Notes: generated by a model not told the origin, from the letters alone. DNA of 38,548 nt from a virus (IMGVR_UViG_3300005326_000034:1-38548); one strand, 5' to 3'; numbered from the stretch's first letter, positions 24,670-33,472 are shown. Made by a program: numbers and translations.

Positions 24670-25229
24670 CCCATCACCGCCGCGATTGGTCGACGTCTGA
24701 GGTCCAGTACCTCATCAAGCACTCCGAAGAGGGCGCCCCAGCGATCGCGTCTGCCCTCGACAGATCGGTCAAGTCGGTCAAAGACGCGGCCTCGAGGTAT
24801 CGCATCTCGCTGCGCCGCCCTGGTGAGTGCCGGGGGCTGCTCCTCACCCAGCCCAGGCGCACATCATGGCGCGATCGCGGCCGTCTCCGTGAAGCCGTGG
24901 TCCTTGAGGGGTTCGACCTCGCCGAGGCGATCTCCAGGATCCGCGCGGAGAAAGCCGCGCCGCTCTGCCCGAAGTGCGGGCTCCGCGCAGCGACCAGGCG
25001 GACCACGGGCTATTGCGACATCTGTCACTACAACGCGCTCGCCGACAAGCATCGCGAGCAGCCGGCAATCGACAAGGCCCGCCGGGACTACCGCGCTTGC
25101 AAGAAGGCAGCGGGCCGGCGCGTCGAGTGTGCCGAGTGTCACCAGGAGTACTCACCCAGAAAAGACGAAGAGGGCCGCAAGAGCGACCGGAACCTGTGTC
25201 CGGAGTGCCGCGGCGGTGAGTCCTCATGA
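24657..25229 (+). CDS. Myb/SANT-like HTH plus zinc-finger protein
   Basis: WSTSEVQYL...IASALDRSVKSVKDAASR; four CxxC pairs. Confidence 0.7.
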   Translation: MVDVTHHRRDWSTSEVQYLIKHSEEGAPAIASALDRSVKSVKDAASRYRISLRRPGECRGLLLTQPRRTSWRDRGRLREAVVLEGFDLAEAISRIRAEKAAPLCPKCGLRAATRRTTGYCDICHYNALADKHREQPAIDKARRDYRACKKAAGRRVECAECHQEYSPRKDEEGRKSDRNLCPECRGGESS

Positions 25230-25693
25230 CGAGTGGGATCTCCAAGACCTGCGCGTGCGGCCGCCGGATAGATGGTCCGGGTGCCCGGTGCGAGACATGC
25301 AAGACCTCCGCGTGGGGCGCCGGTGTCTGCCTCACGTGCCACCAGCCGACAGACGGCACCTCGGCGTTCTGCGACAGGTGCCGCCCGCGTCCGAACGAAG
25401 CCGCGCGCAACGCTCGGTTCAGCTACCGCCGCGTCTACGCGGACCCCGAGTACAAGCGCAACCGCCTGCTCCGCTACGAGCTCGTCGGCGGCCGCTGCGA
25501 GACGTGCAACGCCCCCCTCAAAGGTGACCTCCACCCGGATGGCGCTTCGTGGCAGTGCGACCACCACCTCGAGCCTCAGCTCTTCGCGGACCCGCTCGAC
25601 GCCAACGCGCTCGAGAACCTCCGCTGCTACTGCATGGCGCATCACAACGCGAAGACGCGGCTCTCCCGCCGCACGAGAAAGGCGAGGAGGTAG
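25226..25693 (+). CDS. HNH endonuclease with N-terminal zinc fingers
   Basis: GRCETC...QCDHH...ENLRCYCMAHHNAKT. Confidence 0.85.
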   Translation: MTSGISKTCACGRRIDGPGARCETCKTSAWGAGVCLTCHQPTDGTSAFCDRCRPRPNEAARNARFSYRRVYADPEYKRNRLLRYELVGGRCETCNAPLKGDLHPDGASWQCDHHLEPQLFADPLDANALENLRCYCMAHHNAKTRLSRRTRKARR

Positions 25694-25695
25694 TC

Positions 25696-26382
25696 GTGCG
25701 CACTTCCGACAGCATCATCGAGATCTCCAAGGCGCTCGTCGCCGCACGCAAGGAGATCACCGCACCGCTGCGGTCCCGCAGGGGCACCTCGGCATCCGGC
25801 GACGAGTACTTCTACGCTGACCTCGCAGACGACATCGCGGCGTCAGAGAGCGCGCTCCTCGGCCACGGGATCATGGTCATGCAGGAGTCGATCACCTCAT
25901 CGACACACCTCATCACCACGACCCGCCTGCAGCACGACAGTGGCGAGTTCTTCGAGAGCGAGCCGCTCGAGCTCGACCGCACCGGCATCTCGGCGCACGA
26001 CACCGGGACGCTCATCACCTACTCGCGGCGCTACCAGCTCGAGGCCCTGCTGTTCATGAGCGCGCAGCACGACCCCGACGCCGCCGAGGCGTCGCGCAAG
26101 CAGCGCGAGCAAGCCACCTCCCAGGCGCCGGCGGACTCCCCCCCGGTCACCACACCCCCCGGTGACCAGTCCGCCGGCGCCACCCCGAAGGCAGTCAAGG
26201 ACCCGACGAAGCCACAGGCGTCAGCCATCCAGGCGCGCATCCTCCGCCTCGGGTGGACCAAGTCACGAGCCTCGGGCTTCGTGGCGAAGGTCACGGGCCA
26301 CGACGGCCCCCCGAAGACGAGCCCGGAGGCCTCGGCCGTGATCACCGCGCTCGACGCCGAGTGCAAGAAGGCGGGTGTGTAG
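25696..26382 (+). CDS. ERF-family ssDNA annealing protein
   Basis: EISKALV, YADL, TTRLQHDSGEF, GTLITYSRRYQL. Confidence 0.88.
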   Translation: MRTSDSIIEISKALVAARKEITAPLRSRRGTSASGDEYFYADLADDIAASESALLGHGIMVMQESITSSTHLITTTRLQHDSGEFFESEPLELDRTGISAHDTGTLITYSRRYQLEALLFMSAQHDPDAAEASRKQREQATSQAPADSPPVTTPPGDQSAGATPKAVKDPTKPQASAIQARILRLGWTKSRASGFVAKVTGHDGPPKTSPEASAVITALDAECKKAGV

Positions 26383-26384
26383 CG

Positions 26385-26576
26385 ATGACGTACGCCGAGC
26401 TCCTCGAGGAGATCCGCCAGGCCGCCATGCGCATCGACGAAGGCAAAGCCACGCGCCACGACCTCGAGCTCATCAGCGTCCGGATCTTCTTCAACGACGC
26501 AGGGCGACTCGCGCCCGCGATCGACGTGCCGAAGGCGATCGCCGCCGGTCTGCTCGACCCGGGGGAGGGGCTCTAG
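26385..26576 (+). CDS. Hypothetical protein
   Basis: MTYAELLEEIRQ...; tightly packed in operon. Confidence 0.6.
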   Translation: MTYAELLEEIRQAAMRIDEGKATRHDLELISVRIFFNDAGRLAPAIDVPKAIAAGLLDPGEGL

Positions 26577-26711
26577 ATGCTCAAGACCGCCATCGCCGTG
26601 TTCGTGGTCCTCCTCGTGATCATCATCGCGCTCGCGTTCCTCGGCGCGTCGTACGCCCTGTCCGGCATCAAGCGGGATGACTTCCCGCGGATCGGAGGCT
26701 CCGATGAGTGA
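26577..26711 (+). CDS. 44-aa single-TM membrane protein (not in ORF track)
   Basis: MLKTAIAVFVVLLVIIIALAFLGASYALSGIKRDDFPRIGGSDE; fills the gap exactly. Confidence 0.6.
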   Translation: MLKTAIAVFVVLLVIIIALAFLGASYALSGIKRDDFPRIGGSDE

Positions 26712-27405
26712 GAAGAGGTACACCAACCGCCCGCGGACAAAGCGCATCGACCCGGCGGTGATCACGCTTACCACGCGCATCGTCCTCGCGGCCGTGATCG
26801 TCGTGCTCGCGTTCACCGCGGCGCTGTGGCGCTCCCGCGCCGTCGAGGCGGTAGCGGACATATCGATGGTCCGCGCCGAGCTCAAGCGGACGTCGGCCGC
26901 GCTGTCGACCGAGTACGAGCGCACCACACAACTACAGTCCGCGCTCTACACGACGAGCCTGGTGCGTGCCGGGCAGGCGATCGAGATCAACAGCCTCGAG
27001 GCGAGCCTGACCGCGCTTCAGAAGCAGCTGCAGAAGGCTCCCGCCAAGGCACCGGCGAAGACGACGGCCAAGGCGACGCCGAAGACGACCGCCACGCCGA
27101 TCCGCGCACAGGTGAGCCCAGGCGTGGATCAGTGGCGCCCGCTCGTGACGCGGCACTTCAAAGGCAACGCGGACGCCGCGCTCCGGGTCATGCAGGGCGA
27201 GTCGCACGGAGATCCGAGAGCGACCAACGGACCCTGCTGGGGCCTCTTCCAGATCGACCACGAGATCCACGCCGCCAAGATCGCCGAGAAGGCACGCGCC
27301 TGGGACATGAAGGCGGATCTCTTCGACCCCGAGTTCAACATCCGCTTCGCCGCCTACATGACCAACTACGGCGCATCCTGGGGTTCTTGGACGGTGCAGC
27401 CGTGA
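26704..27405 (+). CDS. Membrane-anchored lytic transglycosylase (SLT/lysozyme-like)
   Basis: TM helix, coiled coil, AKAPAKT linker, then MQGESHGDPRATN..GLFQI...FDPEFNIRFA...WGSW. Confidence 0.85.
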   Translation: MSEKRYTNRPRTKRIDPAVITLTTRIVLAAVIVVLAFTAALWRSRAVEAVADISMVRAELKRTSAALSTEYERTTQLQSALYTTSLVRAGQAIEINSLEASLTALQKQLQKAPAKAPAKTTAKATPKTTATPIRAQVSPGVDQWRPLVTRHFKGNADAALRVMQGESHGDPRATNGPCWGLFQIDHEIHAAKIAEKARAWDMKADLFDPEFNIRFAAYMTNYGASWGSWTVQP

Positions 27406-27710
27406 CAGCACCTTTCTGCATCAGCACCGGCTGCACGAACGAGGCGACCTGCGTCCCGAGGATCGTCGTGCCGGCGCAGGGGTGGCCCATCGACTCACAC
27501 GAGCCCCTCAGGCTGGTGCTCGCGGTCGAGGTATGCGACGAGCACTTCGACAAGCTCAAGATCGACGACCTCGCCCCCGCCGGACTCAAACGCGGGGTCC
27601 GCGACGTCGTCGCGATCCTTCTCCGAGACAAGTGCCCGCCGGATTGGGAGCGAGCCTTCATCGAGAAGGTCTCGCTCGACAGCGACGAGTACCGAGCTGG
27701 TGCGCGATGA
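27402..27710 (+). CDS. Hypothetical Cys-containing protein
   Basis: GTG overlapping previous stop; FCISTGCTNEA...VCDEH. Confidence 0.6.
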   Translation: MTAPFCISTGCTNEATCVPRIVVPAQGWPIDSHEPLRLVLAVEVCDEHFDKLKIDDLAPAGLKRGVRDVVAILLRDKCPPDWERAFIEKVSLDSDEYRAGAR

Positions 27711-27970
27711 AGACCGCCTGGCCTGCCGAGGTCACCGCCAAAGACGTCAAGGCGACGGCCGCCGTCGCGCGGTTCGCGATGGAGCATCACTACGCACCGT
27801 CGACACGCGACCTCATGGAGGCCACCGGCGTGACGTCGACGGCGACGGTGCACGAGCGCCTCAAGCGCCTCCAGGCCCATGGGCTCATCACCCGGATACC
27901 CAACACCCACCGGTCGATCCGCCTCACCGCCAAGGGCGTCGAGCTCGTCTGTGGGAGGTGCCCGCGATGA
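27707..27970 (+). CDS. LexA N-terminal-like winged-HTH protein
   Basis: HYAPSTRDLMEATGVTSTATVHERLKRLQAHGLITR...RSIRL. Confidence 0.82.
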   Translation: MKTAWPAEVTAKDVKATAAVARFAMEHHYAPSTRDLMEATGVTSTATVHERLKRLQAHGLITRIPNTHRSIRLTAKGVELVCGRCPR

Positions 27971-28443
27971 CGGCGCGTCACATCTCGATCGTCGTCGAGG
28001 GCCTACCCAGGGCCAAGCAGCGCGCCCGGACGCAGTTCTTCGACGCCCGCGGCAACAAGCTCGCCAAGCCGCGGACCTACACCCCGCCAGAGACCGTCGC
28101 CGCCCAGACCGCGGCGCAGGTCGCGTACCTCTCGCAGATCGGGGCACGCGCGCCGTTCGAGGGATCCGTCGCCGCGATCGTCACGGCGTTCTTCCCAGTC
28201 CCGAAGTCGTGGCTGAAGTGGAAGCAAGCCGTCGCGCTCGCAGGAGACTACCCGGCCGTCGACCGCGCCGAGGACGCCGACAACATCGCCAAGCTCTACC
28301 TCGACGCGCTCAACGGCTTCGCGTACATCGACGACCGCCAGGTGTGCGACCTCATCTCGCACAAGCGGTACACCGACGGCACGCCCAGAGTCGAGATCGA
28401 GCTCGTCTTCAAGCCGCTCCCGCTCAGGGTGGTGGCTCCGTGA
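27967..28443 (+). CDS. rusA: RusA-family Holliday junction resolvase
   Basis: GLPRAKQRAR, YTPPET, DADNIAKLYLDALNGFAYIDDRQV. Confidence 0.9.
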   Translation: MTARHISIVVEGLPRAKQRARTQFFDARGNKLAKPRTYTPPETVAAQTAAQVAYLSQIGARAPFEGSVAAIVTAFFPVPKSWLKWKQAVALAGDYPAVDRAEDADNIAKLYLDALNGFAYIDDRQVCDLISHKRYTDGTPRVEIELVFKPLPLRVVAP

Positions 28444-28658
28444 AGCGCAACTCCATCCGCACACGGCTCCGCCTGTGGCGGGTCCGTCGCGCCCAGCGCA
28501 GGGTGCACGCCGATCTGGAGCTCCTCAACGCCCAGATGATCGCGTCGCACGTCGACCGCGCGGCACGCCGGCGCATCTTCCGCGACCTCGTGAAGGTCAC
28601 GCGGAACTTCGCCGAGCTCGCGGACCTCGAGCGCGTACACGAGGAGGTGCCCCGGTGA
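28440..28658 (+). CDS. Hypothetical basic protein
   Basis: Overlapping GTGA junctions on both sides. Confidence 0.55.
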   Translation: MKRNSIRTRLRLWRVRRAQRRVHADLELLNAQMIASHVDRAARRRIFRDLVKVTRNFAELADLERVHEEVPR

Positions 28659-29131
28659 CCGAAGGCCAGGGATCGTTCGACGAGCTGCTCATGCAGCAGC
28701 GCCTGGTGAGCATCAAGGCGGACTCATGCGAGCTCGAGAGGGCCGTCGGCGACGTCGGCCGTGCGCTCAGGCGCACGCAGGAGCAGATCCTCGACGGATG
28801 GATCACCGCGAACCCCGAGGCGTACGCCGGCATCGTGTGGCTCGCGGACCGCGACGCCGCGGCCGGTCTGCGCGGCTCGATCGGCTACTACGCCGAGCTG
28901 CTCCGTCGCCCGCGCGATTGGCCCGCTGGCCTCCGCACGATCATGTCACGCGGCGTCACGCGGCCCGAGGGCCACGTCTACGTCATCAACAACTCCATCC
29001 GCGCGCTCCTCGTGCGCAGGATCGCCGCCGAACATCCGCGTATCGCCGACGTCTTCGAGACCCGGCGCAGCAAGGCGGACCCGGTCGGCGCGGCCTCGAC
29101 CTGGCAGGGGGTGGGGCACGCCGCACTTTAG
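28655..29131 (+). CDS. Hypothetical protein
   Basis: RBS gaggagg; WITANP, INNSIRALLVRRI..EHP..FETRRSKAD. Confidence 0.65.
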   Translation: MTEGQGSFDELLMQQRLVSIKADSCELERAVGDVGRALRRTQEQILDGWITANPEAYAGIVWLADRDAAAGLRGSIGYYAELLRRPRDWPAGLRTIMSRGVTRPEGHVYVINNSIRALLVRRIAAEHPRIADVFETRRSKADPVGAASTWQGVGHAAL

Positions 29132-29174
29132 TCGCGTCATGAAAGTCCCATCGATTTGGAACGGAGGGTTGACG

Positions 29175-29459
29175 ATGGAAGGACTGGTTGCAAGTGCGAT
29201 CGTGCTCGTGGCGGCGCTCATGAGCGTCGGGCTCATCCAGGCGTTCATCGGCCTGGCCAAGCGGTTCGGTCTTACCGGAGCCGCGATCAACCTCTACGCG
29301 ATCGCCGTCGGCATCGCGCTCGCGGTGCTCGCCAAGGCCGTGTTCCCCGAGGTGCTCACGATGATCACCTACCCGCAGGTCGCCGTCTTCGGCGCGCTCA
29401 ACGGCCTGTCGACCACAGGGCTGTGGGAGTGGCGCCGCGGCGACGGGGTGGCGGGGTAG
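29175..29459 (+). CDS. Holin-like multi-TM protein
   Basis: Hydrophobic helices ending in GALNGLSTTGLWE; RBS ggaggg. Confidence 0.72.
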   Translation: MEGLVASAIVLVAALMSVGLIQAFIGLAKRFGLTGAAINLYAIAVGIALAVLAKAVFPEVLTMITYPQVAVFGALNGLSTTGLWEWRRGDGVAG

Positions 29460-29461
29460 TC

Positions 29462-29839
29462 ATGCGCGTCGACGTCAACAACGTGCGCCTCACCGGCACC
29501 ATCTCGCGCGAGCCCCAGGTCGCCGCGACCGGACGGGGCACCACCGTGCTCACGCTCCCGGTCACGGTCGCCACGATGCGCCCCAACGGCGAGACCGCAG
29601 ACACGTTCGTCGACGTCGTCGTGTACGGCAAGACCGCGAACGGCCTGCTCGCGCTCGCGCAGACAGGCATGGAGGTCACAGTCGAGAAGGGCACCATCCG
29701 CTCGCGCTCCTGGCGGGACCCGAACACAGGGACCATGCGCAGCGCGGTCTACGTCGCAGCAGACGCGATCACGCTCGAGCACCCCCTGATCGCCGCGGCG
29801 CGCGAGCGGATGGCAGCCGAGGAAAGGAGCAGCTCGTGA
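29462..29839 (+). CDS. ssb: Single-stranded DNA-binding protein (no acidic tail)
   Basis: NNVRLTGTISREP, FVDVVVYGKTA, GTIRSRSWRD. Confidence 0.88.
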   Translation: MRVDVNNVRLTGTISREPQVAATGRGTTVLTLPVTVATMRPNGETADTFVDVVVYGKTANGLLALAQTGMEVTVEKGTIRSRSWRDPNTGTMRSAVYVAADAITLEHPLIAAARERMAAEERSSS

Positions 29840-30062
29840 GTCTTCAAGAGATCACCGCCGGCGAGCTCAAGCCCGGCATGCGCATCAAGTCGTACCGCGG
29901 CAAGAACGCCTGCCCTGTCGATCCGCGATGGGGGGGGTAGCGATCGCTGACGTGGCCGTCGAGGAGGGCATCGGTGAGTTCCGCGCCGTGCACGCCTACA
30001 TGGAGGGCCGCGAGACCCCCGTACGCCTCGACTCAGGGCAGCAGCTCGTCGTCGAGATCTGA
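29836..30062 (+). pseudogene. Small beta-barrel-like gene split at a G8 tract
   Basis: GTG 29836 frame stops at TAG 29938; adding one G (G9) gives a 75-aa ORF to TGA 30062. Confidence 0.6.
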
Positions 30063-30118
30063 TCCACCGTTCTGACCCCGGGCGCCGGAGCGCCCCTACT
30101 GAAGTAAGGAGGACCACC

Positions 30119-30763
30119 ATGGAGACCAGTGAAACCAAGGGCGCACGTGTGCCCGTGTTCGTCACCCGGGCTCATCGTGCGATCCTGAAGTTCGTGAGCA
30201 AGGACGAGACCCGCCCGATCCTCACCGCAGTGCGCGTCACCCCGGATGCGCTCGAGGCGACCGACAGCTACGTCGCCGCACGCCTCGTCTTCGGTAAGGA
30301 CCGCATCGACGCGCTGTCGTTCCCGACCTCACCGCGCACGCCCGCGATCGGCATCCCCGAAGAAGGCGTGAGCGTGGATGCCGCCGCGCTCCGCGACGCG
30401 ATCGCGCGCATCAACGTACGCTCGATGCTGCCGTCGCTATCGAGCGTCGCCGTGTCCGTCAGCCCTGACACGAACGAGGTCACGCTCACAACGAACGATC
30501 TCGAACAGGAGGTCGGCGCGACGTCGAGGACGGTCAACGGCGACTTCCCGCCGGTCCAGAGCCTCTTTATGACCTCGGAGCCCGCCGCGATCGCGTACAT
30601 GGACCCACGCATCCTCAAGCGCGTGGTCGACGCGTACGTGGAGTTCGGCGTCCCCGCGCTCGAGATCCGCTTCCACGCGCCACTCAGGCCCCTCGAGTTC
30701 TCGGCCGAGGGCAGCGACGGGCGTGCCCTGCACGCTCTCGCGATGCCACTAAGGAGGGACTAG
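30119..30763 (+). CDS. Short DNA polymerase III beta-clamp-like protein
   Basis: SKDETRPILTAV, ATDSY, SRTVNGDFPP, C-terminal ALAMPLR; RBS aaggagg. Confidence 0.8.
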   Translation: METSETKGARVPVFVTRAHRAILKFVSKDETRPILTAVRVTPDALEATDSYVAARLVFGKDRIDALSFPTSPRTPAIGIPEEGVSVDAAALRDAIARINVRSMLPSLSSVAVSVSPDTNEVTLTTNDLEQEVGATSRTVNGDFPPVQSLFMTSEPAAIAYMDPRILKRVVDAYVEFGVPALEIRFHAPLRPLEFSAEGSDGRALHALAMPLRRD

Positions 30764-30766
30764 CTC

Positions 30767-32143
30767 ATGCAGTTCATCGAGGAGATCGACATCACCCTCA
30801 TCGACCCGAACCCCGAGCAGCCGCGCGACAAGAAGCTCCGCGACATAGACGGCCTCGCCGCCGCGATCAAGGCGGCCGGTGGCATCATCGAGCCCGTCGT
30901 GCTCGTCGCTGCAGGCGATCGCTACGTCACCGTCGCCGGGCACCGCCGTATCGCAGCGGTACGCAAGCTCCGCCGGCGCACGGTGCCCGCGATCGTGCAC
31001 AAAGACCTCACGGTCGCACAGCAGCTCATCATGCTCATGGCCGAGAACGGCGCCCGGGATGACTTCGACCCGGTCGAGGAGGCGCGAGGCATACAACGCG
31101 CGCTCGCGCTCGGCGTCCCGCGCGAGCAGCTGTCCGCCTCAGTCATGCGCAAAGAGGCCGAGCTCGAGTTCGCCAAGACGATCACCGACAAGGCGACGCC
31201 CAAACTCATCGAAGACGTCACCGCCTCACAAGCGAACCTACTCGAGTCAGCCGCGCTCGCCGAGTTCGCGGGCGAGAAGGACGACTACGAGAGACTGCTC
31301 GCCAACGTGGGCTCGCACCAGTTCACCAACGTGCTGAAGCGGATACGGGAGGACCGCGCCCGCGAGGCGAAGGTCGCCTCCACGACCGACAAGCTCAAGC
31401 GCGCCGGCGTGCGGATACTCAGGGACTACCAACAGGCGTACGAGGGCCGCGAGGTCACATCGCTCCCCAAGGTCGACGGCAAACCCGTCTCATCGACAGC
31501 GCACTCGACCTGCCCCGGGCACGCCGCGCTCGTCACGTACGACGGCACCGCCAAGTTCTACTGCACGCAGCCCGAGCTCCACGGCCTCACCCCGCTCGCT
31601 CAGCGCGCCGCGGCGCGCCAGGCTGAAGCGGCCGAGGAGAACGCGGCCAAGCGGCGTAACCGCAAGGCCTGGAAGGCCGCTACCGCCGCGCGCCACGAGC
31701 ACATCAAAGCGTGGCTCTCCGCCGGCGGGGCGTATCCGATCGCCGCGTTCGAGACCTTCATCTACCACGCGGTGCGCGAGTTCGGCATCGCCTCGGCGCC
31801 ACAAAGGCTCTCGGCCGGTATCAGCTACGGCCCCACCAAGGCCGCGTTCGAGCTCGGCAGCATCGATGCCCCGACGTTCAAGAGCGTGTTCGTACTCGCC
31901 GCCGGCGCGGCCGAGTTCTGGATCGCCGGTCAGCTCAAGGGCAACGGCCTAGTGGATCCCGACCGCGTCGACAAGTACGACCGCGGCGCGCTCAAGGCCT
32001 ACTACGACGCGCTCCGCGCGATCGGCTACGCCCCCGAGTCCTGCGAGCTCACGCTCATCGGCGAGAGCACGCTCATGAGGGCACTCGACAAGGTGCTCGC
32101 GCCCGAGCCTGAGGTCGAAGACGACGTCCGCGAGGTGGATTAG
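30767..32143 (+). CDS. ParB/Spo0J-family protein
   Basis: IDPNPEQPR, LAAAIKAAGGIIEPVV, VAGHRRIAA, MAEN..RDD..PVEEA. Confidence 0.9.
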   Translation: MQFIEEIDITLIDPNPEQPRDKKLRDIDGLAAAIKAAGGIIEPVVLVAAGDRYVTVAGHRRIAAVRKLRRRTVPAIVHKDLTVAQQLIMLMAENGARDDFDPVEEARGIQRALALGVPREQLSASVMRKEAELEFAKTITDKATPKLIEDVTASQANLLESAALAEFAGEKDDYERLLANVGSHQFTNVLKRIREDRAREAKVASTTDKLKRAGVRILRDYQQAYEGREVTSLPKVDGKPVSSTAHSTCPGHAALVTYDGTAKFYCTQPELHGLTPLAQRAAARQAEAAEENAAKRRNRKAWKAATAARHEHIKAWLSAGGAYPIAAFETFIYHAVREFGIASAPQRLSAGISYGPTKAAFELGSIDAPTFKSVFVLAAGAAEFWIAGQLKGNGLVDPDRVDKYDRGALKAYYDALRAIGYAPESCELTLIGESTLMRALDKVLAPEPEVEDDVREVD

Positions 32144-32350
32144 ATGTCACAGGCCACCACACGTCGCACACGCCGCCTCAAGGGCCCGATCAGGCCGCTC
32201 GTGCACTGGCGCCGTCTCCGCACCGTCGAGCCGGTCACGGGCGTGATCATGGCCGCCGACAGCCGTGTGCTCACCGTCGTCGGGCCCGACCGTAAGGTCT
32301 ACGCCGTCGGCTACGACCAGGTGCGGCCGTTCAGGCAGAAAGGAGCGTAG
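32144..32350 (+). CDS. Hypothetical protein
   Basis: Abuts ParB stop; ends with RBS aaggag for next gene. Confidence 0.55.
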   Translation: MSQATTRRTRRLKGPIRPLVHWRRLRTVEPVTGVIMAADSRVLTVVGPDRKVYAVGYDQVRPFRQKGA

Positions 32351-32355
32351 CAGCC

Positions 32356-33468
32356 ATGGTCTATCTGCCGGGCGTCCGGGTCAGACACCAGTGCCACCAG
32401 TGCGTCAACTACAACCCCGAGCCGGGCCGCTCCTCAGCGTACTGCCCGATCGAGGACCGGCGCGTCTCGGGCACGGCCGCCATCTGCCTCAGCCCGGCTG
32501 CACGGATCCGTACCTCTGCAACCCCCACAGCGCCCGTGGAGACCCCGCAGGCGAGAAAGGAGGCACTGGTGAGTGCCATGAAGCGCAAGCCGCGAGAGGG
32601 CGAATGGACGCCCGAGCAGGACCAGGCGCTCAGAGACCACGCGCATCTCGGCAAGGAGGGATGTGCGGCTAAGGTGGGCAAGACGCCGAGCGCGATACTC
32701 AACCGCGCGCACACCCTCGGCGTGAGCCTCAAGAAGCGTCCGGCGCCGGAGAGCACGCCCGTCGCGCCCAACCCGGCGCCCGCGCCGCCGACGTCAGATC
32801 CCGCCGCATGGACGGACTCAGACCATGGGTCACTGCACGGGATCATCGACGAATGCTCGACACCCGCAACAAACGACGACGAAACCGACGACACTCGCAC
32901 ACCGCACCACGCGGGCGTCGAAGGGCTCGGAGAGGTGCAGACGACGGACAACGGCGACGGCACGTACACGCACGAACTGACACCCGAGTTCACCCCCGAC
33001 GAACCGGCGCCGAAGGCGTCGCCGTCGTGCCGCGGTTTCGGCTGTGTACGCGAGGCGACCGGCGAGGACGGCCTATGCGACGAGTGCAGGAGCGTGCTGG
33101 ACGGGGACCTCTTCGCGCTGAGGGAGTGTCGCGTGTGCGGCTGCACCGACGCGGAGGCCTGCGAGGACATCGACGGCTTAGCGTGTCACTGGGTCGAGGA
33201 GGATCTCTGCAGCGAGTGCGCCGGCGACAAGGTCAGCACCGAGACCACGTTCATCCCGACGCCCATGGCGCTCCTCGAGACGCTGCTCTCGGGCGGCGGG
33301 CCCGTCACGATCGTCATCGACAAGAGCGTCAAGCCAGCTGTACCGAGAGAGCACACGCTCACGCTCCAGCTCGTCGACACACTCCTCGAGGTCGCGCTCC
33401 TCTCCACCAACACGCGACGATACCTCGAGGCGGTCCACCAGGCCCGCGATCTCCTGAGGGGGCTCTAG
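32356..33468 (+). CDS. Multi-domain protein with Myb-like HTH and Cys clusters
   Basis: EWTPEQDQALRDH...VGKTPSAILNRAHTLGV; CRVCGCTD..AC....CHWVEEDLCSEC. Confidence 0.7.
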   Translation: MVYLPGVRVRHQCHQCVNYNPEPGRSSAYCPIEDRRVSGTAAICLSPAARIRTSATPTAPVETPQARKEALVSAMKRKPREGEWTPEQDQALRDHAHLGKEGCAAKVGKTPSAILNRAHTLGVSLKKRPAPESTPVAPNPAPAPPTSDPAAWTDSDHGSLHGIIDECSTPATNDDETDDTRTPHHAGVEGLGEVQTTDNGDGTYTHELTPEFTPDEPAPKASPSCRGFGCVREATGEDGLCDECRSVLDGDLFALRECRVCGCTDAEACEDIDGLACHWVEEDLCSECAGDKVSTETTFIPTPMALLETLLSGGGPVTIVIDKSVKPAVPREHTLTLQLVDTLLEVALLSTNTRRYLEAVHQARDLLRGL

Positions 33469-33472
33469 AGCC

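Noticed and set aside
30767-32143. ParABS plasmid-prophage partition system
   Set aside because: No ParA gene and no parS palindrome seen; the phage has an integrase and attP.
26567-33469. Shared ggggctctaga and tgaggacatg junction words at gene boundaries
   Set aside because: Short and explained by RBS plus stop/start constraints.
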